DNA of 63,473 nucleotides, filler included, from Octopus bimaculoides (taxonomy: Eukaryota): the NCBI RefSeq assembly GCF_001194135.2. It is 4 parts of 3 records of this genome, joined end to end, with 100 filler letters (N's around TTAATTAATTAA, not from the genome) between each part and the next. Parts side by side here need not be neighbours in the genome. Positions count along the whole stretch, not along the records: positions 1 to 28,643 come from NC_068988.1; 3 more parts are not named here. One strand, written 5' to 3'. Made by a program: the position numbers and the translations under genes. The notes beneath the pieces were generated by a model. It saw nothing but the letters and a program-made list of their open reading frames with translations, searched no databases and was not told where the DNA came from. This document shows positions 13,590 to 25,717 of the stretch, piece after piece. Every line of letters begins with the position of its first letter. Position 1 is the stretch's first letter.

Positions 13590-14933
13590 AAGACTAAAAT
13601 ACCAGAACGAAATTAGCTAAATTATTTATCTGAAACACAAAATACTCATCTAAGTGAGTACAGGTAGAATATCACCTCACTCTCCCTCTCTATATTTCTA
13701 TTGTTGTTTTTTTTCCTTGGTGGGGGCATAATTTCACTAATTGCATTTTATTATATTTCCTTCGATATTGTGTAATTAGTTTCGCTTTTTTTCTTATGAA
13801 TTAATCTGTAAAGTATTTTTGCACGATTTAGGTGATGTCAGATAAGAGATCATAGATCGTATTTTGCTAAAATAAGAAATATCGCTATTTCGTGTTAATC
13901 CAAATCATGTAAGTAAAAAGCGGATCTAAAGGCGTCGTGTGGAATTCCTTCGAAAGAAATTATAGTTCAAAAGGCATTCGGAATATTTTCTGGGCATTGT
14001 ATGTGTGAGATGGTCTACTTGAATATCACTTTTATATGAATATTTGATCAGAATAAATTCGGCGGTCACAGTTATACAAATATCTAAATGAATTTTATAT
14101 AATAATTTCAAATGCTTTTATAGGTATTTTGGTGGAGTATTGTACTTTGGTCTTGATGATGTACTAAGTTGTGTGGACAACTAAGTAGCTCAGAAGTACC
14201 TAAGTATTCCACAGACACTACTAGAGTTAATGTTGTACTTCAAATGGACAAGAGTTAATGTAGTGAACATGAGGCAGAACGATAGAGAAATAGTGAGAGA
14301 AATAGAGTGTGGTGGAGAGAGTGGAGAAAGACCGATGAATTGAAACAAATGTATTAATAATTATTCATCAAGAAAGCAATTGTCAGAGATAAAAAGCGTT
14401 ACATGTGATTTAAATTTAGATGACACATAAAACAAGCTCTGAAAAGCATTTACCGAATTTCTTTATTTGCTGACTTATTGACAGTATTATAGATAGATGT
14501 ATGTACAAACACTGAATATGCAAACCGACTAGAAACACCAACAGAAAGCAAATCTGATTGGTTGCCTCTACAATGATATAGGTTTGCTATAAAAATACGT
14601 ATTTTAAACAACAAGAATTCATTAACGTTTAAACTAATAATATCTGTGTATGATTTGTCAATTTATTCTCTTCTCTTTGCATTATTCAGCACTTACTTAT
14701 CTAAGGCGTAAATAACAGTATATGTTCGACTCCTGTCTACATTATATGTTGTCATCATATCCTGCAATACAAAGGAAAAATTATTAAATCTATGCGATAA
14801 CTGAATATGTAAGATCGTCGGTGTTTGCTTAAACATTTATTCACGAAAGTCTGTAGTAATTATTTCTAATATAACTTTACATTTGGTATTGTGGTATTGT
14901 AAATTCACTCGTATACATACATGTATATGTATG

Positions 14934-14967
<34 letters not shown>

Positions 14968-15031
14968 NNNNNNNNNNNNNNNNNNNNNNATATATATACA
15001 CACGCATACAAAAACCCAAACACACACACAC

Positions 15032-15091
<60 letters not shown>

Positions 15092-15213
15092 TTGTGTGTG
15101 TGTGCGTGTGTGTATACACCCATAACAATTAAAGTATTCCGAGAAACATATAATTAATATTCATGTCACTCAATCCTTTCTACTGAAATTTATTGTTGAT
15201 TTTGTTTTTGCTC

Positions 15214-15245
<32 letters not shown>

Positions 15246-15776
15246 GCTGTTACAGCTGCATTTTGATATTATCAATGGTGATAGTGTAAATGAATTCAGA
15301 TTAAGGTTTTATTACTTCATGTATTTTTTTCTTTTTTGATTTGTGTCTGTTTACGCTATTCTTTTGACTCCGGCATCGATATCACCATCTACTCTTTCAT
15401 TAACGTAATGTACACGGGCTCCGTCTTTCCTGTTAATTTTAGATGGAACACTTAATTGTATTCCGTATCAATATTGATTCGGGAAATACGTAGTATAATG
15501 CAGTATAGTAGTACAAGAAAATAAAGAAACAAAATGTATCTGACTTCTGAAAAAAAAATATCGTTTTATGAACAGGAGAAAAGATATATACTACTTATTT
15601 TAAATAATGTAACGTAAATCTGTTACTATTACAGAGTTAAACCAAAAGTGATCCATTTCTGAAATTATACAGAGCCGCGTGCATTAATGCATAATTCAAG
15701 AACTAGAAGAGCTGAATCTCCCCTTTTCTATTCGAATCTGTTCTTGATAATAAAGTACAGTATATGTGGTTATATA

Positions 15777-16010
15777 GGCGGTGAGCTAGCAGAAACGTTA
15801 GTACGCCGGACGAAATGCTTAGCGGTATTTCGTCTGCCGTTACGTTCTGAGTTCAAATTCCACCGAGGTCGACTTTGCCTTTCGTCTCTTCGGGGTCGAT
15901 AAATTAAGTACCATTTACGCACTGGGATCGATGTAATCGACTTAATCTCTTTGTCTGTTTTTGTATACCCCGCTATGTTTAGCCCCTTGTGGGCAATAAA
16001 GAAATAAGAA
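15777..16010 (+). mobile_element. tRNA-derived SINE, family A, near full length
   Basis: A-box-like gagctagcagaaacgttag and B-box gagttcaaattcc. Homologous copies occur at 16632, 29426, 46753 and 48318. Confidence 0.9.
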
Positions 16011-16291
16011 GCGTTTCGTTGCTGCTGTGGAATAACTGGAACTGGATCACGATAGCGGAGTTTTTCGTTACTAGCTGTGTTTCGTAGGTTTAAAGTGCTT
16101 CGTTTGTGTATGGGTTTCTTAGTATACATATAGTATTTATTTTCATGAGTATTACGAGTTATTTTTGTGGGAGCATGTGTTGACAATATTGAATTATATA
16201 GTTGTAAAATGTTCGGGAAGTCTGCATTGACGAAGAATACACATGGACAGATTGCGGGATTAATTATTGTTTACATCATGCCTTATGTGAA

Positions 16292-16460
16292 GGCACATGG
16301 CTTAGCGGTTAGAATATTCAGCTCAAAATCTTGAGGTTGTGAGTTCAATTACCAGCATGACACTCTATATCACATTGCTCGGGTCTACCCAACTGGGAAA
16401 AATGAGCAATACCCGAATTTCAAAGGAGCAACATTTTCACAATTTGTGTCGCACTGATAA
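16292..16460 (+). mobile_element. tRNA-derived SINE, family D, internally deleted
   Basis: Head ggcacatggcttagcggttag and B-box gagttcaattacc. The body resembles 31267-31572. Confidence 0.65.
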
Positions 16461-16631
16461 CTACATTAAGTGTACATGTGACTGTGGAGTGCCACTTTTA
16501 TCACATTGTGCTTGAGATTATTTTACTTGGGAAATTGAGCTTTTGCAAATATTACATTCTGTAAGCATACATACGTACATACACACGCACATACATATAC
16601 ATATATGTATGTACATATATATGTGTATAAA

Positions 16632-16860
16632 GAGCGGTGAGCTGGCCGAATCGTTAGCACGCCGCGCGTAATGCTTAGCGGTATTTCGTCTGCAGTTACG
16701 TTCTTAGCTCAAATTCCGCCGGGGTCAACTTTACCTTTCATTCGTTCGAGGTCGAGTAAATAAGTACCAGTTACGCACTGGAATTTACGTAATTGACTTA
16801 ATCCCTTTGTCGGTCCTTGTTTGTCCTTTCTATGTTTAGCCCCTCGTGGACAATAAAAAA
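16632..16860 (+). mobile_element. tRNA-derived SINE, family A
   Basis: Collinear with 15777-16010 along its full length and ends in aataaaaaa. Confidence 0.9.
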
Positions 16861-18228
16861 TATATATGTATATATGCATTTGTGTGTGTGTGCGTGTAAT
16901 TGTGTGTAGTGTGCATTTCTGTATATACACTAACTTACAAGTGTATTTATGTGGCTTGCGTGCTTCTGAGTTTCCATGTGTTTATGAGCGAGTCTCTTTT
17001 CGTATGTAAGGTGTTTCACAAAATATTGCCGGTTTAAAAATCAGAATTTGCTTTTATATAATATAATATAATATACTTTTCTATATTGAAATAAGTGTCT
17101 TGGTTACGTAATCAATCAAAATGACATTTACCTTAGTGCTCCAGGGTGGCCGCATTTAAATGATTTAAACTATTATAAAAAAACAGTTATTTGAAAATAA
17201 GAAAAAAATATTATCCTCTCTCCACTCTAGATGACAATATCGAATTGTGTGCGAACGTAGGGTCTTTTAATATATCCACCTGAGATACATAGCAGAGGAA
17301 GTAAATAATTCCGAAACCACAGAGAAGGTTCACGAACGTGAAGAGACACATTGGCTCTACAGGATGTACATTACTTCAAAAAGAAACCTAATAGGTAGAC
17401 AGGAAGCATACGATTTGAAAGCACGAGATTATAGGTCTATCGATTTCGGACTGACTTACATATACAGACAAATAACCAGGAAGAAGTAAAGACGTTGAGA
17501 AGGGGAAGTAAAACGGGGATGAACGAGAATGACTATGAGAAGATTACTGAAGAGGGGTTGGACAAGGAGTAGGGTGGTGGTGGTGATGAAGACGACGTCT
17601 TCGTACAACAAAATGGTACTTCTCCTCCTCCTCCCCCTCCTCCCCNNNNNNNNNNNNNNNNNNNNNNNNNNNNNNNNNNNNNNNNNNNNNNNNNNNNNNN
17701 NNNNNNNNNNNNNNNNNNNNNNNNNNNNNNNNNNNNNNNNNNNNNNNNNNNNCTATCTCCTCCTCCTCCTCCTCTTCCCCATCACCATCATCATCATCAT
17801 CCTCATTATCATCCTCATCATTCTTATCATCATGCTCGACACCACCATCTTCATCATTATCGTCGTAGTTATTGACGTCAAATTTGTTCGCATTTTTCAT
17901 TTGGAGTAGTAGACTACTTTTGCATCTACAGAACACATAAGTACTATCAAAGAGACAGGATGGTGGAAGAATAGTTTTGCGTAGACATAGCAGAGCATAT
18001 AGTTACGACATATTATATGTAATGGTATGGGTGAAATCGATTATATACCATTGACAATTAGACATATTACTAATAATTATTCTTTGTCAAACAAATATAC
18101 TTTGTTTTCAAATACTTGGCGGAATAAAATGTTTTGAACTTCCGAATTATCACACATGAAACTGCTACTTGTTTAGATCGTACATAACTTATTGGATACA
18201 CGCATAATACTAGGTGTTATTTAAAATA

Positions 18229-18995
18229 GAAAACGTTTTGTCTCATCTGAGAAAAGTAAGAGATGTACTGGTCTTGAAGGTTATCTTCAATGCTATGAAG
18301 AACTAAATTCATCTCAACAACACTGAGAAAAAACCGCTGAAACAACCATCTAGAGATTTTATTACCTTCGTGCGCTCAGGTCAGCGGATCCGTTTCAAGA
18401 AAAAGAACAAGAAACTTCCTTTGAGAGATGAAAGGTGGACGACTATTGGGAAGTAACTGCAGATTTACCTGAATGCCAGGCATTCTTTCCCATCCCAGTT
18501 ACGGAAAAACCGGACATTTTAATGTGTTGTGAAAGAAGGAAATTTGTAAATCTAGTCGAGTTAACGGTTCCTCATGAAGATAATATGGACGCCACGTGAG
18601 CTCGAAAGATTGACCGTTACGTAAACCTCCTCGAGAAATGTAAAGACGCAGGCTGGAAAGTGGAGCATTTTCCAATCGAAGTTGGATTTAGAGGGTTTGT
18701 AGGACACAGTGTGAGACAAGTGCTGTTATCGATAGGACTAACTCATCGTAAATTAAATACCAGCATGAGTGATACCCAAGCTACAGTGGAGAAGGCTAGC
18801 CACTGGATTTGGTTAAAAAGAGACGATGAGCGATGGCTAGAGAAATATTGAGCTTTGTTTTTAATAACCAGCTGATCTAGCAAGCGGGGCCTCATATCAA
18901 TGAGGGGGGAGGGGCACGTTGCACATTGATGCCGTCAAGAGGTGGGCCTCGAAACGGCGCGCACTCTCTCCTGATGACCCCATACACTTGCTGGC
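18229..18995 (+). mobile_element. HERO-type RLE non-LTR retrotransposon 3' end (endonuclease region plus 3' UTR)
   Basis: Translates ...VLKVIF...FITFVRSGQ..., then after a frameshift DYWEVTADLP...KPDILMCCERRKFVNLVELTVPHEDNMDAT*ARKIDRY...CKDAGWKVEHFPIEVGFRGFVG...VEKASHWIWLKR...* (stop 18849-18851). PD..ELTVP.E and (P)IEVG.RGF...AS.WIW.KR are HERO-type RLE motifs. Confidence 0.85.
18868..18994 (+). ncRNA. Structured 3' UTR carrying hammerhead core motifs in non-canonical order
   Basis: GTC 18934-36, GAAAC 18951-55 and CTGATGA 18971-77. gccgt pairs with acggc. Several additional stems are present (see findings). Confidence 0.35.
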
Positions 18996-19510
18996 TTTCG
19001 GTATGCGGAGTTCCCGACTGGTAGCACTTGCATGTGCGAGTTGTTTGCAAGACATGTATAAGAGTTATAAAACATATATAACAGATCCTTCATGTGGCCA
19101 ATCACTCTCCTTGAAATGTTACACAGATCACAGTTAAATTAAATCTTAGTATTTTCAAAATATGCATTGCCTAATGTAGGTAAACATTTTTAGTCATACA
19201 AGACTTTTGAAAGGATTTGTAATTTGATTGTTTTGAGTGCTGATATCTCATATCCAACAAACGTGTACTGGATGCGTGTGTGTGTTGTAGGGAGTTAGTC
19301 GGCGACATATGGCCATTGGTCGTATTTCATAGTGTCAAAACCCCGGAAGCTGTCATATCAATGACCAGAATGAAAGCTCCTTCGGCTTTGTAGTGTCACC
19401 ATATCTAGCGTATACTGAATACATTTTGATAATGACAATCACTAATGAACTTGTCTATTTCACACGTTTTGTCAGTAATACAATATCTCCGATATTGTAG
19501 TACAAAATAC

Positions 19511-19594
19511 CTGTTCGTTCAAGGCAATGTGACCGAGATGACCACAAATTTAAATCATTGCTATAATTTAAAAATTCATTGAAATTGTGGTGTC
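19511..19594 (-). other. Candidate internal exon, 84 nt, phase 1-1, open frame (G)HHNFNEFLNYSNDLNLWSSRSHCLERT
   Basis: Acceptor tttttatttcccaag, donor CAG/gtattt. No homolog recognised. Confidence 0.3.
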
Positions 19595-20930
19595 CTTGGG
19601 AAATAAAAATCAGACACCAAAATACTTGAATTACATAAATTAATTTTTGGGCTTGCTGGACCCCAAATTGTTTGTATCAGGAATGGATCTACTTTAACTA
19701 AGCAATAAAATGCATAAACATTCAACGAAAGAACAACGTCAGTGTTATGGGTGTACTGTCATATATTTCAGAAAGAACAATTTTGCTAACATGTAATTAA
19801 CAATGTCTGCTTTTTTGATACTTAAACGAAAATTTCAATTTTCACATAAATGCTTAGTATGCTGTTTAGTTCCAACATGACTCACAAAACGAAACACTAC
19901 AATAGATGAAAGAAAAGCTTTAAGATAAGTGAGAAAATTAAAAGTGCTGCAAGAAAATGAAAATTGGACAAATATGTTTAGAACATTTTCTTTTAATGCA
20001 GGTACTTTTTTATGTTAAAATTTTCTTTTGGAAAACCTAGATTAAAGGATGGCCGTTCAAAATAAATGTTTTCAGCCGTGAGCTTCAATAGATTGCTTTT
20101 ACATCGACTCAAGTTTTATCAGTATCCTCGAAAGAGATTCACAAATATGATATCTTAAAAAGTAGTGTTCAGTCGCTATCAGTATTTTTATTCTCTTTTT
20201 TTTTTTTAATTGTTTACTGATAAACTAAAGTAAGGTACATAATGTTCTGCTGCATTTTTACTTTGGTCTCATATTGCAAAATCAAAATAAGAAGCGTAAA
20301 ACTAAAGGGCGGCTATCTTGGGATAATTAGAAGTATGTTAACGCATAAAAGGGATGTTCAAACAATCAGCAATTGTTGAGATAAAATTTCTGCTTTTTGT
20401 TCGTTTGTTTTATACTGTTTGCATGAAAAAGAATCATGCTTTAATAATTTATGTTTCTAATTTATGAACACGTTCCTTTGTTTTATCATTACGCAGTAAT
20501 TAAGCTAATCGCTACTGCTTTTAAACATTTGGAGCAATCGGTAAACAGAAAATATCGCAATCAATCAGTATTACCCAATATAGAGCGAAAGCAAGTTGTT
20601 TATTTGACTAGGAAGAAAGTGAGATTGGTCATCTACATTCTTGCTTTACAGAGATTAAACTGATCTAAGAAGTGAGATTATTGTGATGAGTATAAGTATT
20701 TTGACCGATAACGTAGTCTTTCTAAATGGAAATATTTTTCCTAATTTGGAGTTACACAATGTTATGATCAATGTGATACCCGATTGTCATCAGGAGTATT
20801 CTTTCTGGATATTTTCATCCAGGAATCGTTGCGGTTATGATAATTGCTAGAAGTAGTTAATAAAAACTTTGCTGCCAATAATTTAGAAACAATCGCGTAC
20901 TACATATGTACCTGATGACTATGAGAGATC

Positions 20931-21121
20931 ATAATAATGGAAATGTAATGTAAATATATGAGTTAAAATACTTTTCATCTATTGTAATGTGATCATCACG
21001 CTTCCTGTCATTTTATGATGTCATCATAATGTTGGAAATGTAGTGTAAATATATGACTTAAAACACTATTCATCTATTATGATGTGGTTCATGACTTCGC
21101 TAGTCATTCTATGACGTCACC
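20931..21121 (+). repeat. Two-copy tandem duplication, 95-bp period
   Basis: ggaaatgtaatgtaaatatatgag at 20939 and ggaaatgtagtgtaaatatatgac at 21034; the similarity continues through both units. Confidence 0.9.
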
Positions 21122-21522
21122 TGCATTGCTCATCTGCCGATGAAATATTATGTATGCAGAATATTGGGGACGAAAGAAAAGCCAAGAAATGTGAGGTCCT
21201 TCTGAACTAGAGAAAATAAGTTTGATCTTGGATGTGGGTCCACGTTTATATATTTTAATGAGAAAATACAATGTTTAAATTCTATTAATTCTGAGTTCAT
21301 TATATATCTATTGATGACAAGCCGCACACAATCTGGAGAGACCTGATGCTTGTAACATTGGTGTATTTTTTGTTGTTCCTAAGCTATTCGAACGATAGCT
21401 TGTCGTAGATGTCTCGGGTAAAGGCAGAATACTTCATATCTGTCGGCGGAAAAGTATAAATGGACTTTCGAATTTAAGTTCCCATTACGAGAATAAGTTT
21501 TTAATTGAGAAAATGTACTGAT

Positions 21523-21614
21523 TTAATTATGCAGGGTGCATTGGCAATCGAGAAATATTTTGTGTTCTGATACTGCATGAAGAAAGGCAGTGCCATCACA
21601 GCTACACATCTTAA
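21523..21614 (-). other. Candidate terminal coding exon VKMCSCDGTAFLHAVSEHKIFLDCQCTLHN*
   Basis: Acceptor tttttgtaatttacctgatattacag, phase 1, stop at 21523-25, ATTAAA downstream. No homolog recognised. Confidence 0.25.
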
Positions 21615-22757
21615 CTGTAATATCAGGTAAATTACAAAAACTAAAGTTACTATTATAGTCATTAAATATCTTAACAGGGGATTTAATTTCGGGAACACAG
21701 CACACGCACAGTATTCGACACACTTCGTACATTATCCTTCGACTACTACTTATATGCTCTCACATACTCACACGCACACACTGACACATATGCATTAACT
21801 GTGGTTCCATCCCCTGGAAAATTTAAATAAATACTACATTGAAGAAAGAATATGTGATTAATAGTACAACCAAATATGGCGTTCTGGAAATAACGAATTT
21901 TATCTTAACCCCCACGTGCATATGTCAATATATGCAAATAAGGTTTGTCTTACATCTCCCATGTATTCCATAAAAACCAACGCCTCACGCACATAATTAG
22001 AAATTAATTTGGTTAGAAATATGATTTCAAATAGGTTTTGAAATCCTAATTTTATTACATTTAACAAGTCTCTATTTAAAATGATGAGTAAATATAGAAT
22101 AGGTAAGTATGGCGTCGAACTCTAACCCAGCAAACAAAAAAATCAGGCTGGAAATATTTTCTGAACAGCATAGATGAGACGTAATTCTTTGCTTGAGGTA
22201 CTAAAACAGATTCAATGAATTTGAGCTTTGCAGCCAACAACAGTAATATAGAAAGTAACGTTTCAATACTGACACTTCTTCCCTAATACACCGAATACGT
22301 ATTAGGCGGATATAACTGCTTGCGTTTTCGAACTTCGATAAATTTAACAGTGACGGCTAATAAAAGTTGTAAACAACATGACTTTCATTGTTGAATTTTC
22401 ATATATATTATGACAGCTCAGTTGCCTTCGGACACACTGCTGCTGTTTAGAGTCTTTTAAGAACGAATATATCAGTTTATTGTTAAGTTTTGTTACTTCG
22501 CTTTCCATTCTCAACATATTGTTTACAATATATAATAAAATCAGTATTTGTATTTAATGATCATTCGTTATCTATCTATATGTCTGTTTGTCAGTCTGTC
22601 TGTCTGACCAATTGCCCATCAGCTTATCTCCATCTCGTTGTACACTCACACACGCACACATGCACACATAGACTTATATACATACTCATGCTAACAAGCA
22701 TATACCTGATTCCATCAAGACAGATAAATATACAATATCCACATAGATATGTAGACG

Positions 22758-22801
<44 letters not shown>

Positions 22802-23380
22802 ACATTAATAAATTGGTCGATATTTCAAATATACGCCAGTAATACTCTGACACATAAGAATACAACATTAAGTATCAAAATATTCTCATAAAGAATGCTC
22901 AAATAACAAGAATACTTTAAAAAAATGATGCCGCATTATTGATCAAGACATTCATATAACCAGCACAAACTTATATAAAAAATATTTAAGTCGCGACAAA
23001 CTCCTCACTCATAAAATACAACACAACGAAACAAAGAAAAACGATTGCTGGGGTTAGGCTAGCCAGGAATGGCAAATAAATATTAAATCACCTATAAATT
23101 CAAACCTACTATCTAAAAAAGTGACAGCTTTTAGGTAAGTTAGGTATTCCGATCTCTATGGAGTATATGCTTTAGACAACGTTTTCCTCTTTTCATGACA
23201 GTGGTGTGACTCTTCTTGAGAGAAGTCCTTACTTTTTCTGGTTATGTTGGTTTTTCATTGTCATTGATGATTATCTAACCTTGCTTTCTACTAAGTAAGA
23301 ATGACCTTCCTACTCAAACCTATTTTTACGATTGGGAAAATGTCTTTATCAGCCTTCTCTCTGTTCTCTGATATTTCCAG

Positions 23381-23455
23381 GAAGAAAGGCTCAACCAGGA
23401 GTGTGCAATCCCCTTGCAAATCGTCATATCAGCCACCAAATCACAAGAGAGACGA
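23381..23455 (+). other. Exon-like segment (75 nt) with strong splice signals
   Basis: Acceptor ccttctctctgttctctgatatttccag, donor GA/gtgagt. An upstream AG/gtaagt donor lies at 23135. Confidence 0.4.
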
Positions 23456-23519
23456 GTGAGTACTGATTTGTAACTGCTAAGAATAAGTCGGTCTGTTTAG
23501 AGTTTACATAGAGATAACC

Positions 23520-24083
23520 TGTAACCTGTAGAAGATGGTGTGGCAAACTCATAAGAGGCGAGGACAGAACGTAGGTTCGTTTGCCCGAACAGGAGAAATT
23601 ATTGATTTCTCATTGGTTAAAAATTACTGCCCATATACGAATTCTGAACTTCGTTGAAGAAGTCTTTCACGAAGTACAGTTCTAGAATTCGTGTATGAGC
23701 AGTTATAAAAACCCTGATTTTCGGGAAACTCTCCAGTGATCGTTGGACAGTGACACAAATCTACGACACTCACTCTCAAGTGATCGTTGGGGTGCCATTC
23801 AAATCCACGACACTCACCCTCTTGAGTATCGGCTAATATTTATGACATGTTCAATAATCACTTCCGACATTATTGAATTGTGAACTCTTCTAGTTAGAAT
23901 GAAAGTGTAAATATTTTAAGTCGTAATTCTCTACGACAACATGACTTTATTTCTAATGGTTCTATAAATGTCAAATGTATATAATAAACTAATGTAGAAA
24001 TTTAATTCCTTTTACTTCTCGTTTCATTCAACTTGTTGAATTTATTTCTGTATATTTATGAAACTGTATTTGTTTATGTAACA
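23520..24083 (+). other. Promoter-like or solo-LTR-like segment
   Basis: Starts TGT and ends ACA. ATTGG at 23612, TATAAAA at 23704, 43-bp direct repeats at 23735-77 and 23779-821, AATAAA near 23985. No TSD seen. Confidence 0.3.
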
Positions 24084-25095
24084 GTCTAAAGAATACGAAT
24101 CTATATATTCAACATGCATGTACGTATTGAACGCACGTTCAGCGTCTTGGTATGTATACATCATAACATTTAAGCAGCCTAAACTAAGAGTTATGCTTAG
24201 TGATATATACTTATAATTAAGTTATAAATAACGAGATTATCATTATAGCTTTTAGATAAGAAGTAATAATATCTGTTATAACTTATGGTCGAACACATTT
24301 AAAATAAGATTTAGTATTCACACTCCCCGACCTGTACAACATATATATATATATATATATATATTAAGGAAACACTATATAAATGAACATTACTGTACAA
24401 AAGTTTAAATCTGTTAGTGAACAAGTGAGTCTCAACAACTACCCAACAATAAAGATCACAGTTCCCGTAGTAAAAGCCTTCGTACAGACCACACTCATAT
24501 ACACCGGCACAAACATTCATGTAAAAGTTACCTACATAGTGAAACCACAATCCTACAATTATGAAATTAAAATACAACCTCAAAAGTCTGAATACAGACG
24601 GGAAATCTCGTAGCTCAACAACACTAAGCATTTGTAGACCTTCTAAATGTTTTGAAACTCTACTGACATATATTCAACTGTTATCAAACTTTTTGAATAC
24701 AAAGACACTTTGGTCTAAATATTTTAATAATTTATTTTCCCCACGCCTATTTCTTGCAGGCGAATTGAAATTGTAGCACAATTTACCATACAACAACGAC
24801 AGAGTTAATGACATAGAAATTGTATTTTCCTCTGTGCATTCGAGTAAAAAAAAATGCATAGGCATCAGAGATTCCTTATAATATTCATAGATATATAGTT
24901 ATGTGACTATGTTTGTTATAAATATAAACAAATGAAATTGCTAAGTAAAAGTTTGATAAATATTTTGCTCAGAGATCAGAAATGTGAGTGCTAACAAATC
25001 ACTGACAGAAAACAGAAAATACCTCTCCTTCTCAGATAGCGTATATATGGACACATGTGCTCTGGGCAAGCTATTTCAAAAATACATACACTCAT

Positions 25096-25142
<47 letters not shown>

Positions 25143-25590
25143 TGTACACATTTCCATAGATATGTTGTATTCATATACGCATATACGAACAATTTTTCTA
25201 CAGTATGCACTGATAAGAATTCTCCCTACTCGAATGTTAAACAAATGCAGTAGATATTCGATTTCTTTTTCATACAACAACTTATACGTAGAAATAACAT
25301 TTTTGAATAATTAGAATTAAAAACATACTTAATATTCTGAAGGTAAAGAAGGAAAGTATATCAACAAATACACGGACGATTAAAATCACGAAAAGATAAG
25401 TATTTAAAGAGACCCACTCATGTTTCATACGTAGAACCAAAAGCACAAGAACGCTAGCACCACCGATATACTACGTGTTTACATGTACGAATACGCCTGC
25501 TTGGTCTTAGATATATATGTACGCATGTATCTTTACATACATATATAATGTCATATATATAAACATACAGGTATGAATAAATAAATAAAT

Positions 25591-25628
<38 letters not shown>

Positions 25629-25681
25629 ACACAAACATATATATATATATATAAATATATATAAATATGTTCATATATATG

Positions 25682-25717
<36 letters not shown>

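Noticed and set aside
20912-20945. CTGATGA followed by a tatga/tcata hairpin and GAAA
   Set aside because: Extra unpaired bases flank stem II, and there is no stem III with a valid NUH or a stem I.
21535-21626. Plus-strand segment with a cag acceptor and CAG/gtaaat donor
   Set aside because: It has stops in all three frames.
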